Source: Gammaproteobacteria bacterium (lineage in GTDB: Bacteria; Pseudomonadota; Gammaproteobacteria; Eutrophobiales; Eutrophobiaceae). From it: a stretch of 64,000 bases of DNA. Under the pieces are notes generated by a model. It was not told the origin of the DNA. It worked only from the letters and a program-made list of their open reading frames with translations, and searched no databases. The DNA is taken from contig CBDCTH010000010.1 of NCBI GenBank assembly GCA_965222155.1, forward strand, positions 2,267-66,266, in the 5' to 3' direction. The translations under genes and the position numbers were made by a program. How positions within the stretch are numbered: position 1 is the first letter of the stretch; each line of letters opens with the position of its first letter. Below, one piece after another: positions 39,745 through 51,404 of the stretch.

Positions 39745-41041
39745 TCATATCTAACGACGAATCGTACGTCGATTGTAACGCCGATAGGTTGAGATCGACG
39801 ACCTGGATTTCGCTCGTCATCAGCCTGTGCAACAGCGCCTTGAATAGGTCTTCTAATACCTTACGTTTCTTTCGGTGCAGGTCGATCTTGCGGTCGATAG
39901 CGTCGAGGATGGAGACAATCTCGCGTTGTTCGTCTAAGGTAGGAACCGGCACTAACCGCTCTTTGATTTGCCGGTCAGTGACAGCCGGGTAGCTCGCTCC
40001 CGTTTCGATTTTTGAAAGTTGTTCAATAAACTCTTGTCGCTGCACTAGCTGGAAGATATATTTCCCGTTCATATTTCGATCTTTGTCACGCAAAACGCAA
40101 AATGCCGTCGAGCAAACTTGATCGTTTAGTTCTTCTTCAATCTTTGCAACACGCAAAAGGGTCGGGCGAACAGTTGCAAATATGACATCTCCGGTCAGGA
40201 TACGTTTACGCGCCCGGCTAGGTGCATATCTCAGCTTGTACCGCGTCGTAGTTTCCACCTGATGGAATTCGCGAGATATTGATGAAACGTCCACATACTG
40301 TATCTCGCGTTCAGCTTGTTCAGTCATGTTGACTTGATCAGCCGGCAAACAAAGAGAGCCTAATTTCTCTATCCCCCAACTCTCCGGAACCGGGCCGATT
40401 TTGGTTTCCTTCGACTCCTCTCCCCTAAGCCCGCGCGTGAACAGCGTCCGCATTGCCGCGCGTTTGAGGTCGCGCACACCCTGTTCGCATTCGGTCTCAG
40501 ATTCAGACGCTTTTTGGATCGCTTCCAATGCATCAGCGATTGCGTTTTGCTCGTCAAACTCGAAGGATGGGATCGGCAGGTTGAGCAGCACATTTTCCGG
40601 AATGCGTTTGCGCCCGGTCGATCCCTCCATCCTTTCTGCCATATATTCCCGCACATCCGGGTGAAGCAGATAGTAGAACAGAAATCGCGGATCATGTGTC
40701 GCTGAGATTGGATGAAGAGGGATTACTTCGGTCGTCGCATACCCAAACGGCTCAGCAAAATTTCGGACCAGCGCCTGCTTTCCGTTCTCGAAGGACGGAG
40801 TGATCTTGGCGACTAGGATATCGCCACGTTCAAAGTATGTCCCACTGACGATTGTCCCTGGCGCTCTCATTTCATACTTTGGCAGGTACGCGCCACCCCG
40901 CGGAATTGCATCCATCGCGGCGAACGGAATGGCCGGCAAGAACGAGGGATCAATTCCGCGTGGCTTCTTCGTCACAGCATAGTTGTCTCCAACGCGAGAC
41001 CATTCGCGACCTTCACCGAGGTCTGCTTTAAGTAGGCTCAT
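39725..41041 (-). CDS. hsdS: Type I restriction-modification specificity subunit
   Basis: 438 aa with two target-recognition halves separated and followed by conserved helical repeats (LDEQ..I...L..I...I). It overlaps hsdM by 14 nt. Confidence 0.85.
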   Translation of the reverse strand: MSLLKADLGEGREWSRVGDNYAVTKKPRGIDPSFLPAIPFAAMDAIPRGGAYLPKYEMRAPGTIVSGTYFERGDILVAKITPSFENGKQALVRNFAEPFGYATTEVIPLHPISATHDPRFLFYYLLHPDVREYMAERMEGSTGRKRIPENVLLNLPIPSFEFDEQNAIADALEAIQKASESETECEQGVRDLKRAAMRTLFTRGLRGEESKETKIGPVPESWGIEKLGSLCLPADQVNMTEQAEREIQYVDVSSISREFHQVETTTRYKLRYAPSRARKRILTGDVIFATVRPTLLRVAKIEEELNDQVCSTAFCVLRDKDRNMNGKYIFQLVQRQEFIEQLSKIETGASYPAVTDRQIKERLVPVPTLDEQREIVSILDAIDRKIDLHRKKRKVLEDLFKALLHRLMTSEIQVVDLNLSALQSTYDSSLDMIGIYDR

Positions 41042-42893
41042 CCATCACCCCGATCAGCAGTTTAGAGATCGCCGCCGAAAGCCGACTCGCCTCGCTATCG
41101 AGGTTGGTTAGTTCCCGAACAAGTGTGCTAACAGAACCAACCTCTGCAGAACTGGACTGCCCCACCCACCGACTGGGACTGAGATTGTAGTCCGCCTTCT
41201 CCGCATCCTCCCGCGTGATCACGGCAATCTCACCCTCGACGGGTTCGCCCTTGAGGTAGGCTGACGCGAGCGGACGGATGTCCTCCTCCGGGATGAAGTT
41301 CTTGGGGCGCCCTTTCCGCACACGTTTGCCGGCGTTGAGTAGCACGAGCTTATCCTTCCGTTCCGCCGGTTTGCGCTTTGACAACACCACAATCACGCCA
41401 GCGGCGCTGGTGTTATAAAACAGGTTGTCCGGCAGCAGGATCACGCCGTCGATCAAATCGCGGTCGACGAACCATTTACGGATGTTGCGTTCCCTGTCCT
41501 CGTGCTTGCTGCCGGAGCCGCGTGTCACGGCGCCGGTGTCGAGTACAACTGCCGCTCGTCCCCGCTCGTTCAGGCAGGCGATGGTGTGTTGGAGCCAGGC
41601 CCAGTCGCCCTTGCCGGTGGTTACGCCGCCCCGGCTGCGGAAACGGTCGAACGGGTCGTTGGCGAAGATGTCCGGGTTGAACGGCTGATTCCACATCGGG
41701 TTGGCGACCACGATGTCGTGGGTAGCGATCTGGCCGGCCGCAGTTTTGAACTTTGGGTTAATCATCGTGTCGCCGCGGGCAATCTCGACCTCCATGTCGT
41801 GGATGATCGCGTTCATCTGGGCAACCGCGTAGCTCTCGGCTTGCAATTCCTGTCCGCAGAGCTTGAGCGGCAGACGGCTGGTGGGGTCAAGCTCCCGGGC
41901 AACGAGTTGCAGTTTGACGAGCAGTCCGGCCGAACCGCAGGCGTAGTCGTGGCAATCCTCACCGGGCCTGGGGCGCAGGATGTATGCCATCAGGAAACCG
42001 ACCTCGGTCGGGGTGAAGAACTCGCCCGCGCTCTGGCCTGAACCTTCTGCGAACTTGCGTAGCAGGTACTCATAGGCGCGGCCGAGGAAATCGGGCTGCA
42101 CATCAGCAAGGCCAAGCCGGTAACGAGGGTCGGAGAAGGTTTCGACCACCGCGGTGAGCTTCGCCGGGTTGATATCGCGCTCCCCGTTGCGCTCGGCCGC
42201 GAAATCCACTATGTCAATAACGCCTGACAGCGAAGGGTTATAACGCACGACCGCGCGCACGGCTTTTGTCAAATGTTCGCCGATGTCTCCAGGCCGCGTG
42301 CTTCTCCCTTGGTTGTCTGGCGGCCACTCATAGTCTTCGCGACCGCTGATGACCACCCAGCGGGCATCTGGGGGCAGGTAGAAGCGCAGCAGGTCGTGAT
42401 CGGTCTCGGCGATCTCAAGCGCAGTAACCCGATTACCATATTCTTCGGCCAGGCGTTCGATCTCATCGTTGAAAACGTCGGACAGCCGTTTCAGGAACAG
42501 GAGCGGCAACAGGTAATCCTTGAATTTGGGGGCATCTTTTTCTCCGCGAATGGAGCAGGCCGCATCCCATAGCATCTGCTCCATGGGCTTCGTTGAGGGG
42601 GTAGAGCGTCGCCGGCCCGTTGTCGTATCACGCACGCCGCCAGTCCGTCGCCGCGTCACGCGCGCTGCCGCTTCGGCTGGCTTCGCAGCCGACTCCATCG
42701 CGCCCACGCCTGCCTCAACAGCAAGCGCGGCGATTACTTCCCGCGCTGCTTTCTGTGGTAAAATAGTACCACCTTCCCAACGGTTAACGCTAGCAAAGGA
42801 AACGCCTAGCCGTTCCGCGAGTTGCTCCTGGGTGAGATCAAGACTGGCGCGGATGGCACGCAATGTGGCTGCAATGACATTTTTGTTTGTCAT
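41028..42893 (-). CDS. hsdM: Type I N6-adenine DNA methyltransferase with an N-terminal XRE-type HTH domain
   Basis: N-terminal [32 protein letters not shown]. The HsdM_N-like region has [11 protein letters not shown]. The SAM motif is [12 protein letters not shown]. Catalytic motif IV is [10 protein letters not shown]. Confidence 0.85.
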   Translation of the reverse strand: MTNKNVIAATLRAIRASLDLTQEQLAERLGVSFASVNRWEGGTILPQKAAREVIAALAVEAGVGAMESAAKPAEAAARVTRRRTGGVRDTTTGRRRSTPSTKPMEQMLWDAACSIRGEKDAPKFKDYLLPLLFLKRLSDVFNDEIERLAEEYGNRVTALEIAETDHDLLRFYLPPDARWVVISGREDYEWPPDNQGRSTRPGDIGEHLTKAVRAVVRYNPSLSGVIDIVDFAAERNGERDINPAKLTAVVETFSDPRYRLGLADVQPDFLGRAYEYLLRKFAEGSGQSAGEFFTPTEVGFLMAYILRPRPGEDCHDYACGSAGLLVKLQLVARELDPTSRLPLKLCGQELQAESYAVAQMNAIIHDMEVEIARGDTMINPKFKTAAGQIATHDIVVANPMWNQPFNPDIFANDPFDRFRSRGGVTTGKGDWAWLQHTIACLNERGRAAVVLDTGAVTRGSGSKHEDRERNIRKWFVDRDLIDGVILLPDNLFYNTSAAGVIVVLSKRKPAERKDKLVLLNAGKRVRKGRPKNFIPEEDIRPLASAYLKGEPVEGEIAVITREDAEKADYNLSPSRWVGQSSSAEVGSVSTLVRELTNLDSEASRLSAAISKLLIGVMDEPT

Positions 42894-42928
42894 GTCTGCT
42901 TTATAGCAAATATGACAAACATAGTCAA
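42894..42928 (-). promoter_or_regulatory. Near-consensus sigma70 promoter for hsdM, which would give a leaderless or nearly leaderless mRNA. It is overlapped by the palindrome TTTGTCAT-N18-ATGACAAA.
   Basis: The minus strand reads TTGACT-17 nt-TATAAA-GCAGAC-ATG. The -35 box is at 42923-42928 and the -10 box at 42900-42905. The inverted-repeat arms lie at 42886-42893 and 42912-42919. Confidence 0.5.
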
Positions 42929-42960
42929 CAATTACCGATTAAATTCCTATTTTAAAAATT

Positions 42961-43233
42961 TCAGATACAACCAGCCGGCAACTGAATGATCTTATTGCTG
43001 AGCAGGCGCCCCTGGTTACTGTTGTTAATAACAATCCCGAAAGGCGAATCATGCTGCTGCACGAATTGTTGCAATGGCTTGAGTTGTTGCAGGGTGGTCT
43101 GGTGACCAAATTTGATTTCAATCGGCAGGATGCCAAAGCTCCCTTCGAGGATCAGGTCGATCTCGACGCGGTTTTTGGTGCGGTAATAAAAATAGTCCCA
43201 CCGAAGGATATTTGGGAAGGATATTTGGGACAC
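42961..43233 (-). pseudogene. DUF4143-family AAA ATPase, C-terminal fragment
   Basis: YYRTKNRVEIDLILEGSFGILPIEIKFG... is the C-terminal DUF4143 region. The upstream part is replaced by the palindromic element at 43227-43272. Confidence 0.6.
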
Positions 43234-43330
43234 CCATAAATTAAATGAGAGTTTTAAATTAATGGGTGTCCCGAATTTACCCCCGTTAAATTAATGGGTG
43301 TCCCGAATTTACCCCCGAATTTACCTCCCG
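43227..43330. repeat. Palindromic element GGGACACCCATAAATT...AATTAATGGGTGTCCC plus an extra half copy and GAATTTACC tandem units
   Basis: Same family as 32098-32143. Confidence 0.85.
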
Positions 43331-43462
43331 GATTTACCTCTTTATATCAGCCATTTCCTAACTCTACGCCAGGAATTTACTGATGTAAGGAGGATTCTGG
43401 GATCATCGGCAGTTCCTGCTAACCGAATCTTGTGGAAAACCTGAATACCCCCGGCATTGATA

Positions 43463-43502
43463 CCTGCGTCCAGAAGAATTGAGAGGATGAGAGTCACTAC
43501 AT
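43463..43502 (-). pseudogene. 40-bp fragment matching the 3' end of hsdR
   Basis: TCTGCGTCCAGAAGAATTGAGAGGATGAGAGTCACTACAT compared with 33373-33412 matches at about 37 of 40 positions, in the same orientation. Confidence 0.6.
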
Positions 43503-43792
43503 GTTGTCAACAAATAGATTTGTCCACATCTGTAACAAAAGAATTGTCCGCTTTTAAGTGAACGCCTGACCCGTCCCTCAGGGCATCGCCAATAGGGACA
43601 GGCTCAGCGCCTGCCTACAGCAGGCAGGCCGGAACCCAGTCTGTTATCGTGTCGCCAGAGGCGACTCTTTGTTCCACTGGATTCCCGCTTACGCGGGAAT
43701 GGCGGAGGGGCACATTCAAAAGTATGTGGCTGCCCTGTTATTTGAACTTCATACCACGAAATGTCGGCGTCGATGACCGAATTTTCACGGTA

Positions 43793-44623
43793 TTATGAGC
43801 GCCATGATTACTCGGTCCAGGCATATCAAAGAGATCATCCGGCGTCTCAGGCACTTCGAGGTCGTTGCCATCCTGGAGGGGCCGGCAGGTCGGCAAGACC
43901 ACGTTGGCAAAACAGGTAGCCGGGAGCTATCACACGCGGTCTCATTATTTTGATCTGGAAGACCCTGTGGCCTTGTCCAGACTCGGAGAAGACCCGAACC
44001 TTGTGTTGCGAAATTTGAAGGGTCTGATCATTGTCGATGAAGTGCAACGTTTACCGAATCTTTTTCCACTGCTTCGAGTGCTGTCGGACCGCCGGCCGCG
44101 GCCGGCGCGCTTTCTGGTTCTGGGCAGTACGTCGCCGAACCTCCTCCGGCAATCCTCTGAATCCTTGGCTGGTCGGATAAACTACTACGAACTGAACGGC
44201 TTGGGGCTGGATGAAACAGGAAATGACCGGCTTGCACGGCGTTGGCTCCGGGCAGGTCTCGTGCATTACCTGCTGGGGATCGGTGATGACAGGTCTCTTG
44301 ACGTGCATCCCGGCAGAGGCGGCACATGGGAGGGGCTTATACTGGAGTTGGCCATGGAACAGCTGAGAGGTACAGGCCGGGAGTTTTATTATTGGCGAAC
44401 TCATACCGGTGCGGAACTCGACCTGTTTGCTCCGTCCGGCAGAGAACGGTTAGGTATCGAGGTGAAGCTTTCCTCGGCGCCGGCCATCACACCGTCGATG
44501 CGCCATGCAGTCAATGATCTCGAACTCACGGACTTGGTCGTGGTACATGCCGGTGAAGCATCCTATCCTATGGGTGACAGGATACGGGCGGTGCCAGCCA
44601 AGCTGTTGCTTACGAATTTGTGA
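43793..44623 (+). pseudogene. AAA ATPase (DUF4143 family), frameshifted and internally deleted
   Basis: ATG 43793 gives MSAMITRSRHIKEIIRRLRHFEVVAILEGPAG. The frame then shifts to RQVGKTTLAKQV (Walker A) in ORF 43865-44623. The protein jumps from the mid region directly to the C-terminal HYLLGI...HPGRGGTWEGLILE part. Confidence 0.65.
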
Positions 44624-45061
44624 TTGAGCTGAAGGGGTCCTTGGCAGCAGGAGTTCCCGCTGATTTTATCAACTTGCCGGGAACGAGGGCAGCTTGCCCT
44701 CGTCGAGGACGGGACGCTCTCGCTCCAAGGCAGGTGCTCCCGCTAAATCGAGATCAATACAGTGATTTTTATCGAAGACAAGGGGGACAGATTTAAATCT
44801 GTCCCCCAAGTTCCCCTGACCATAAGGGGGCATGTTTCCCTGGGAGGGAGGGCGTCTCGCCCTCCACGAGGGCAGGATGCCCTCGGTCCCGGAAGTTAGC
44901 GGAAACTGCTGCCTTGCCAGTACCTCGGTTGTAATATCGGAAAACTGTAATATACTCCCCTTTGTGCAGTACCTCCCCTTTATCTGAGGAGCGTTGCGAC
45001 GGGTGGCGGATAATCCGCACCCGCCAGGCTCAGGTAAATGTCATGAATTAACGGCGCTCAC

Positions 45062-45473
45062 TTAACCCGCATTTCTCACCAGTTGATGCGATGATCGCGC
45101 CGGATTTTTGCCGCCAGCGGGTGCCTGCGACCAAAAGCATAGCCGTAGTTGATGTGCGCCCTCCATGGCGCGCACCCTGCGGGCATCCTTCGGATGTCCA
45201 AATCTGCTCCAGGCAGATTTGTCTGGTTGAGGGACAAATCGTCAGGACTGACGATTTGCACGGCGACAGCCGCCCGCAGGGTTGCGCCCAGAGCCTGCCC
45301 CCCTGCTTACAACCGCAGGGGCAAGCTCTGTATGCAGTTGAGCAGGGGGATGGGCGCAATGAACGCATCAAGCGCAGTCTGTTATGTTGATATTGTGAGC
45401 AGGTTATCATAACGTATTGACAGCAAACAACTAGCCGATGACGATAAGCGAACTGGTGAGAAATGCGGGTTAA
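45062..45473. mobile_element. 412-bp MITE-like element with perfect 23-bp terminal inverted repeats (TTAACCCGCATTTCTCACCAGTT)
   Basis: Terminal inverted repeats at 45062-45084 and 45451-45473. A homologous 266-bp copy lies at 51122-51387. The flanks are compatible with a TA duplication. Confidence 0.7.
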
Positions 45474-45603
45474 CTGTTGAATGACAAGATAAGTGAGGCG
45501 AGCCGGATTGATCACTTCCCCGCTTCTTGTCCTGCATTATACGGAGAATGGAGGGGTCATGATCGGCATCAAAAATCAAAGACCTGACCCCGTTATATAA
45601 GTC

Positions 45604-48600
45604 ATGATTGGCGCGACCGAACGACAATTACGTAGCCTGTTAAAAGAGCGTATCCTGCTGCTGGATGGGGCGATGGGCACCATGATCCAGTCTTATCGCC
45701 TGCAGGAAAGTGATTTTCGCGGGGAGCGCTTTGCCGATCATGACCGCGATTTGAAGGGAAACAACGACCTGCTGTCTCTCACCCGGCCGGATATTATCAG
45801 GGATATACATGCCGCGTTCCTCGACGCCGGCGCCGACATTATCGCGACCAATACCTTCAACTCCACTGCAATTGCCATGGCCGATTACGAGTTGCAGGAC
45901 CAGGCGTACGAGTTGAACCGGAGCGGCGCCGGACTGGCCCGGGGTATTGCCGATGAGAAGTCTGCGCCGGAAAAACCCCGCTTCGTTGCCGGTGTCCTCG
46001 GCCCTACCAACCGCACCGCTTCCATATCGCCGGACGTCAACAAACCCGGGTTTCGCAATATCACCTTTGCGGAACTGGCGGAAGCCTATACGACCGCCAT
46101 CCGGGGACTGGTGGAGGGCGGCGTCGATATCCTGCTGCTGGAGACCATCTTCGATACCCTGAATGCCAAGGCCGCCCTGTTCGCCATCGAGTCCTTTTTT
46201 GAAACAAGCGGCGCCCGCCTGCCTATTATCATTTCCGGCACCATTACCGATGCCTCAGGCCGGACCCTTACCGGCCAGACCAATGCCGCCTTCTGGCATT
46301 CCGTCCGTCATGCAGAACCATTAGCAATAGGGTTAAATTGTGCTTTGGGTGCCAAAGACTTACGTGAACATATTCAAGAACTTTCTAATATAGCTGACAC
46401 CTATGTCAGCATCTATCCAAATGCCGGACTACCTAATGAATTCGGTGAATACGATGAGACACCCGAGTATATGGCCGACATTCTCGAAGAGTTTGCCCGC
46501 AGCGGATTTCTCAATATCGTCGGCGGTTGTTGCGGTACCACCCCGGAACATATCGAGCAGATCCATGACCAGGTATGCATCCAGCCACCCCGGACCATTC
46601 CCGACGTCCTGTCTTTTTGCCAGCTGAGCGGCCTGGAAGCGCTGACCATTACCCCCGCGGCTAATTTCATCAACATCGGTGAACGCACTAACGTGGCCGG
46701 TTCCCCCAAATTCCTGCGGCTTATCAAGGAAAGCAAGCTGGATGAGGCGCTGGATATTGCCCGCCAGCAGGTGGAGAACGGCGCCCAGATAATAGACGTG
46801 TGCATGGATGAGGGACTGCTTGATTCCGAGCAGTTAATGCAGGACTTTCTCCTGCTGGTTGCCGGCGAACCTGATATCAGCCGGGTACCGACCATGATCG
46901 ATTCATCGCGCTGGTCCGTCATCGAGGCCGGATTGCGTTGTGTCCAGGGTAAATGCATCGTGAACTCCATCAGTCTGAAAGAGGGGGAGGATAAATTCAG
47001 GGAACAGGCCCGGGTTATCAGGCGCTACGGGGCGGCGGTCGTGGTGATGTGTTTTGATGAACAGGGACAGGCAGACACCACCGAACGTCGTTTTGAGGTG
47101 GCAAGACGGTCTTATCATATCCTGGTGGATGAACTCGGCTTCCCTCCAGAAGATATCATCTTTGATCCCAATATCCTCACCGTCGCCACCGGCATGGAGG
47201 AGCATAACAATTATGCGGTCTCATTTTTTGAAGCGAGCCGCCTGATCAAGGAAAACTTGCCAAACGCCCTGGTCAGTGGGGGCTTGAGCAATGTTTCTTT
47301 TTCCTTCCGGGGCAATAATCCTGTGCGGGAGGCCATGCACTCGGCCTTCCTGTATCACGCGGTCAAGGCTGGTATGGATATGGCGATTGTCAATGCCGGC
47401 CAGCTGGGTATTTATGATAAAATACCCACAGACCTGCTGGAAAGGGTGGAAGACGTGTTGCTCAACAGGCGCCCCGATGCCACCGATCGCCTGGTTGAAT
47501 TCGCCGAGACCGTCAAGGATGTGGGGGAAAATAAAAAGAAAGCAGATGAACAGACCTGGCGTGGTAGCAGTGCGCAGGAACGCCTGTCCCATGCCCTGGT
47601 GAAAGGGATCGACACCTGGATTGAAGCCGATACGGAGGAAGCGCGGCAACACTATGACAGGCCCCTGCAGGTCATCGAAGGACCGCTGATGGATGGCATG
47701 AACATCGTCGGCGACCTGTTCGGCGCCGGCAGGATGTTCCTGCCCCAGGTGGTGAAAAGCGCGCGCGTCATGAAAAAAGCGGTTGCCTACCTCATCCCCT
47801 TTATCGAGGAAGACAAAAAAGGCGGTGGAGATTACCGGTCCCAGGGCAGGATAGTCATGGCCACCGTTAAAGGCGATGTCCATGATATCGGGAAAAATAT
47901 CGTCGGCGTAGTCCTGCAATGCAATAACTTTGAGGTAATCGACCTCGGCGTCATGGTCCCGGCCGAAATCATCCTGAAAACCGCGCAGGAAACAAACGCC
48001 GACTTTATCGGTCTGAGTGGTCTTATCACCCCGTCACTGGATGAAATGGTACACGTGGCGGAAGAGATGCAGCGCCGGGAATTCGATGTTCCCCTGCTTA
48101 TCGGCGGCGCCACTACTTCACGCACACACACCGCGGTAAAAATTGAACCGCGCTACAGGCAACCGGTGATACACGTGAAAGACGCCTCCCGCGCCGTGGG
48201 CGTGGTACAGCGTTTGATCAGTGAAGATTTGAAAGCCGATTTCAGCAAACAGGTAAAAGAGGAATATGCGGTAGTTCGGGACAGACATAAAGGCAGACAG
48301 GCCGGGATCAAATGGCTGCCATTGGCCGAGGCACGCACAAACCGGTTCCCGGTTGATTGGCAGACCTACCGGCCGCCCGAACCGAAAATAACGGGAATCC
48401 GGGTATTCAACGATTACCCGTTAGCTGACCTTCAGGATTATATAGACTGGACCCCCTTCTTTGTTGCCTGGGAGTTAGCCGGCCGTTTTCCACGAATTCT
48501 GGACGATGAAACAGTCGGGGAAGAAGCGCGAAAACTTTACCGGGACGCCAGGGAAATGCTGGATACAATCATCCATGAAAAGTGGCTGGCAGCCCGGGCT

Positions 48601-49305
48601 GTTATCGGCCTGTTCCCAGCCAACTCCATCGGTCACGACGATATCGAAGTCTACGTGGATGACAGTCGCATGGGACTACTGGCTGAGTTCCATTCTTTAA
48701 GGCAGCAGACAAAAAAACCGCCGGGTCAGCCCAACTTTGCCCTGGCTGATTTTATCGCACCGAAACAGACCGGACGGAATGATTATATCGGTGCTTTTGC
48801 CGTAGCCGCAGGATTTGGAATGGAAGACAAATTACACCAGTTCGAGCAGGACCATGACGATTATCGCGCGATCATGTTGAAAGCCCTGGCTGACCGGCTG
48901 GCGGAAGCCCTGACGGAACGACTGCACCAGCGGGTAAGGAAGGAATTCTGGGGATACCAGGCGGACGAAACCCTTGACAATAGCGCACTCATCGCCGAGA
49001 AATACCGGGGGATCCGCCCTGCCCCCGGTTATCCGGCCTGTCCGGACCACACAGAAAAACCGCTTATCTGGGATTTGCTCAAGGTCGAGGCAAATACCGG
49101 GATAACGCTGACCGACAGTTATGCCATGTACCCGACCGCAGCCGTGTGCGGCCTGTATTTCTCCCACCCCGACTCGCGCTATTTCGGGCTGGGGAAGGTC
49201 AACCGCGATCAAGTCTCCGACTATGCCCTGAGGAAAGGCATGGAAGTGCGTCAGGCGGAGCGCTGGCTGAGCCCCAGCCTTGGGTACGATCCCGATACCG
49301 TGTAG
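45604..49305 (+). CDS. metH: Cobalamin-dependent methionine synthase
   Basis: 1233 aa with all four modules: Hcy-binding, pterin-binding, B12-binding ([15 protein letters not shown]) and an AdoMet activation domain. Confidence 0.95.
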   Translation: MIGATERQLRSLLKERILLLDGAMGTMIQSYRLQESDFRGERFADHDRDLKGNNDLLSLTRPDIIRDIHAAFLDAGADIIATNTFNSTAIAMADYELQDQAYELNRSGAGLARGIADEKSAPEKPRFVAGVLGPTNRTASISPDVNKPGFRNITFAELAEAYTTAIRGLVEGGVDILLLETIFDTLNAKAALFAIESFFETSGARLPIIISGTITDASGRTLTGQTNAAFWHSVRHAEPLAIGLNCALGAKDLREHIQELSNIADTYVSIYPNAGLPNEFGEYDETPEYMADILEEFARSGFLNIVGGCCGTTPEHIEQIHDQVCIQPPRTIPDVLSFCQLSGLEALTITPAANFINIGERTNVAGSPKFLRLIKESKLDEALDIARQQVENGAQIIDVCMDEGLLDSEQLMQDFLLLVAGEPDISRVPTMIDSSRWSVIEAGLRCVQGKCIVNSISLKEGEDKFREQARVIRRYGAAVVVMCFDEQGQADTTERRFEVARRSYHILVDELGFPPEDIIFDPNILTVATGMEEHNNYAVSFFEASRLIKENLPNALVSGGLSNVSFSFRGNNPVREAMHSAFLYHAVKAGMDMAIVNAGQLGIYDKIPTDLLERVEDVLLNRRPDATDRLVEFAETVKDVGENKKKADEQTWRGSSAQERLSHALVKGIDTWIEADTEEARQHYDRPLQVIEGPLMDGMNIVGDLFGAGRMFLPQVVKSARVMKKAVAYLIPFIEEDKKGGGDYRSQGRIVMATVKGDVHDIGKNIVGVVLQCNNFEVIDLGVMVPAEIILKTAQETNADFIGLSGLITPSLDEMVHVAEEMQRREFDVPLLIGGATTSRTHTAVKIEPRYRQPVIHVKDASRAVGVVQRLISEDLKADFSKQVKEEYAVVRDRHKGRQAGIKWLPLAEARTNRFPVDWQTYRPPEPKITGIRVFNDYPLADLQDYIDWTPFFVAWELAGRFPRILDDETVGEEARKLYRDAREMLDTIIHEKWLAARAVIGLFPANSIGHDDIEVYVDDSRMGLLAEFHSLRQQTKKPPGQPNFALADFIAPKQTGRNDYIGAFAVAAGFGMEDKLHQFEQDHDDYRAIMLKALADRLAEALTERLHQRVRKEFWGYQADETLDNSALIAEKYRGIRPAPGYPACPDHTEKPLIWDLLKVEANTGITLTDSYAMYPTAAVCGLYFSHPDSRYFGLGKVNRDQVSDYALRKGMEVRQAERWLSPSLGYDPDTV

Positions 49306-49326
49306 CATCAGGACACCCCCACCACG

Positions 49327-49560
49327 CCGGGACACGTCCGTCATTCCGGGACACGTCCGTCATTCCGGGACACGTCCGTCATTCCGGGCTTGACCCGGAA
49401 TCCAGTGAAATAATGAGTCGCCAGTGGCGACACGCTATTAGACTGGATTCCGGCATTCGCCGGAATGACGGATGTGTCCCGGAATGACGACAATGGGAGC
49501 ATTCGCACGAATGACGAAGGTGTCCCGGAATGACGACAATGGGAGCATTCGCCGGAATGA
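49327..49560. repeat. Repeat cluster: three tandem copies of the 19-bp unit CCGGGACACGTCCGTCATT, then hairpins of the IPACAGM family and their inverted partners
   Basis: Tandem units at 49327, 49346 and 49365. CCGGGCTTGACCCGGAATCCAGTGAAATAATGAGTCGCCAGTGGCGAC follows. Confidence 0.85.
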
Positions 49561-49656
49561 CGCGAGACTGGAATGACCCCAAATCTATGCATACGTGTTA
49601 ATATCCGATTATAATAACGTCAGAATATCCATGACCCGGAGGGGGAGCGCCAAACC

Positions 49657-50553
49657 ATGTATCCTGCACCATTCCGTTACCATCGCCTTGGCTCGCTCGA
49701 CAGTGCGATAACGCTTTTATCAGAACTTGGCGAAGGCGCCAGGCCGCTGGCCGGAGGGCAATCGCTTATCCCTATCCTTAAAATGCGCATGGATGAACCC
49801 TCCGATCTGGTGGATATCTCACGCCTCCCGGAACTGATGCACATCCGCAAGGTAAAAGACCGGGTTTGCATCGGCGCACTAGTGACCCATGCCCGGATTG
49901 CCGCGTCAGCCGTAGCCGATGATATCCCCATTATCCGGGACTGCGCCGGGCGCATAGGTGACCCGCAGGTAAGAACCCTGGGGACCATCGGCGGGTCGGT
50001 CAGCATCGCCGACCCCAGCAGCGACTGGCCGGCCCTGCTGCATACCCTGGATGCCGACATCGTCTGCCAGGGGCCTGCAGGAAGCCGCAAAGTCGGTATC
50101 AGGGAATTCATTACGGACTCATACACCAACAGTCTGGCTGACGCTGAACTGGTCACGGAAATCCAGGTACCCATGCCGCCGGCGCACAGCGGCGGCGCTT
50201 ACCTCGGTTTCAAGAAAGCCGCCCCGGCTTACCCGGCCGCCTCGGTCGGTGTGCAGTTAACCCTGGCAGCCGGCAACATCTGTCATGACATCCGCCTGGT
50301 ATTGGGAGCGGCAGGCCCAACGCCGGTCACCTCCGGGGAGGTTGAGCAGTCGCTTATCGGCTACCCCTTGACTGAAAAAAAACTGCAAGAGGCCGCCGCT
50401 GCGCTGATAGAGTTGGCTGACCCGCCTACAGATGCACGCGGTTCTGCGGAGTTTAAACTCGTTATTCTGCGTTCTCTGTTTATGCGCGCCGCGCATACGG
50501 CTATACAGAGGGCGATGGGTGAAAAGATCACTGGGAGCCATGATTATGTGTGA
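49657..50553 (+). CDS. Molybdenum hydroxylase FAD-binding medium subunit (CoxM/XdhB-like)
   Basis: FRYHRLGSLDSAITLLSELGEGARPLAGGQSLIPILKMR...TIGGS; 298 aa. Confidence 0.85.
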   Translation: MYPAPFRYHRLGSLDSAITLLSELGEGARPLAGGQSLIPILKMRMDEPSDLVDISRLPELMHIRKVKDRVCIGALVTHARIAASAVADDIPIIRDCAGRIGDPQVRTLGTIGGSVSIADPSSDWPALLHTLDADIVCQGPAGSRKVGIREFITDSYTNSLADAELVTEIQVPMPPAHSGGAYLGFKKAAPAYPAASVGVQLTLAAGNICHDIRLVLGAAGPTPVTSGEVEQSLIGYPLTEKKLQEAAAALIELADPPTDARGSAEFKLVILRSLFMRAAHTAIQRAMGEKITGSHDYV

Positions 50554-50645
50554 ATTTTTACAAATACTGCCCTGGATTCCGGGCCTGCCCTGGCATGTTG
50601 TAAGGCAGGGTCAAGCCCGGAATGACAGCGTCGGGAGCTATAAAT

Positions 50646-51152
50646 ATGTCTGAGCCATTACAAACCGTGCCCATTAACCTTACCGTAAACGGTAAACCCT
50701 GCCAACGAAACGTGGAGCCCCGGCAACTGCTGGTGGAATTCATCCGCGAGGAGCTGCGTCTGACCGGCACGCATATCGGTTGTGATACCAGCTTCTGCGG
50801 CGCCTGTACCGTCCTGCTGGACGGCGCAGCCATCAAATCATGCACCTTGTTTGCCGTACAGGCTGACGGCGCAGAGATCACCACCGTCGAGGCACTGGAA
50901 AAAGATGGGCAGTTACATCCCCTGCAACAGGCATTTTCCGAACAGCACGGCCTGCAATGCGGCTATTGCACACCGGGGATGCTCATGTCTTCGGTGGCGC
51001 TGCTCGCGGAAAACCCGGAACCGGATGTACAGGACATTCGCAAAGCCCTGTCGGGAAACGTTTGCCGCTGCACCGGCTACCAGAACATCATCAAATCCGT
51101 ACAGGCAGCAGCCACAGTGTTAGCCCGGAATTCTCACCAGGTGATGCGATGA
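50646..51152 (+). CDS. Molybdenum hydroxylase [2Fe-2S] small subunit (CoxS-like)
   Basis: [20 protein letters not shown] and CRCTGYQNI motifs. The last 8 codons or so and the stop codon lie inside the MITE at 51122-51387. Confidence 0.9.
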   Translation: MSEPLQTVPINLTVNGKPCQRNVEPRQLLVEFIREELRLTGTHIGCDTSFCGACTVLLDGAAIKSCTLFAVQADGAEITTVEALEKDGQLHPLQQAFSEQHGLQCGYCTPGMLMSSVALLAENPEPDVQDIRKALSGNVCRCTGYQNIIKSVQAAATVLARNSHQVMR

Positions 51153-51387
51153 TTGCGCAGGATTTTTGCCGCCAGCGGGTGCCGGAGCCTGCCCCGTACT
51201 TGATACGGGGACCGAAAGCATAGCCGTAGCTATGGTAGAGGAAGCATGTGCCCGTAGGCGTAAAAAAGACAAGCGAGGGCGCATCAAGCGCTGTATGTAA
51301 TAGCAACATAGTGAATAATGTTTACTAACTCAATGACAACAAACATGTATCCGATAGCAACAAGCGACCTGGTGAGAAATCCGGGCT
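51122..51387. mobile_element. 266-bp MITE-like element, second copy of the 45062-45473 family
   Basis: Terminal inverted repeats AGCCCGGAATTCTCACCAGGT / ACCTGGTGAGAAATCCGGGCT. The first 70 nt or so and the last 60 nt or so are homologous to the copy upstream of metH. Confidence 0.7.
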
Positions 51388-51404
51388 CCAGGGGGGCATA
51401 AATC

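Noticed and set aside
45062-45603. A structured region upstream of metH as a cobalamin or SAM riboswitch.
   Set aside because: It has perfect 23-bp terminal inverted repeats and a second homologous copy between coxS and coxL (51122-51387). It therefore behaves as a mobile MITE, and I saw no recognisable B12-box.
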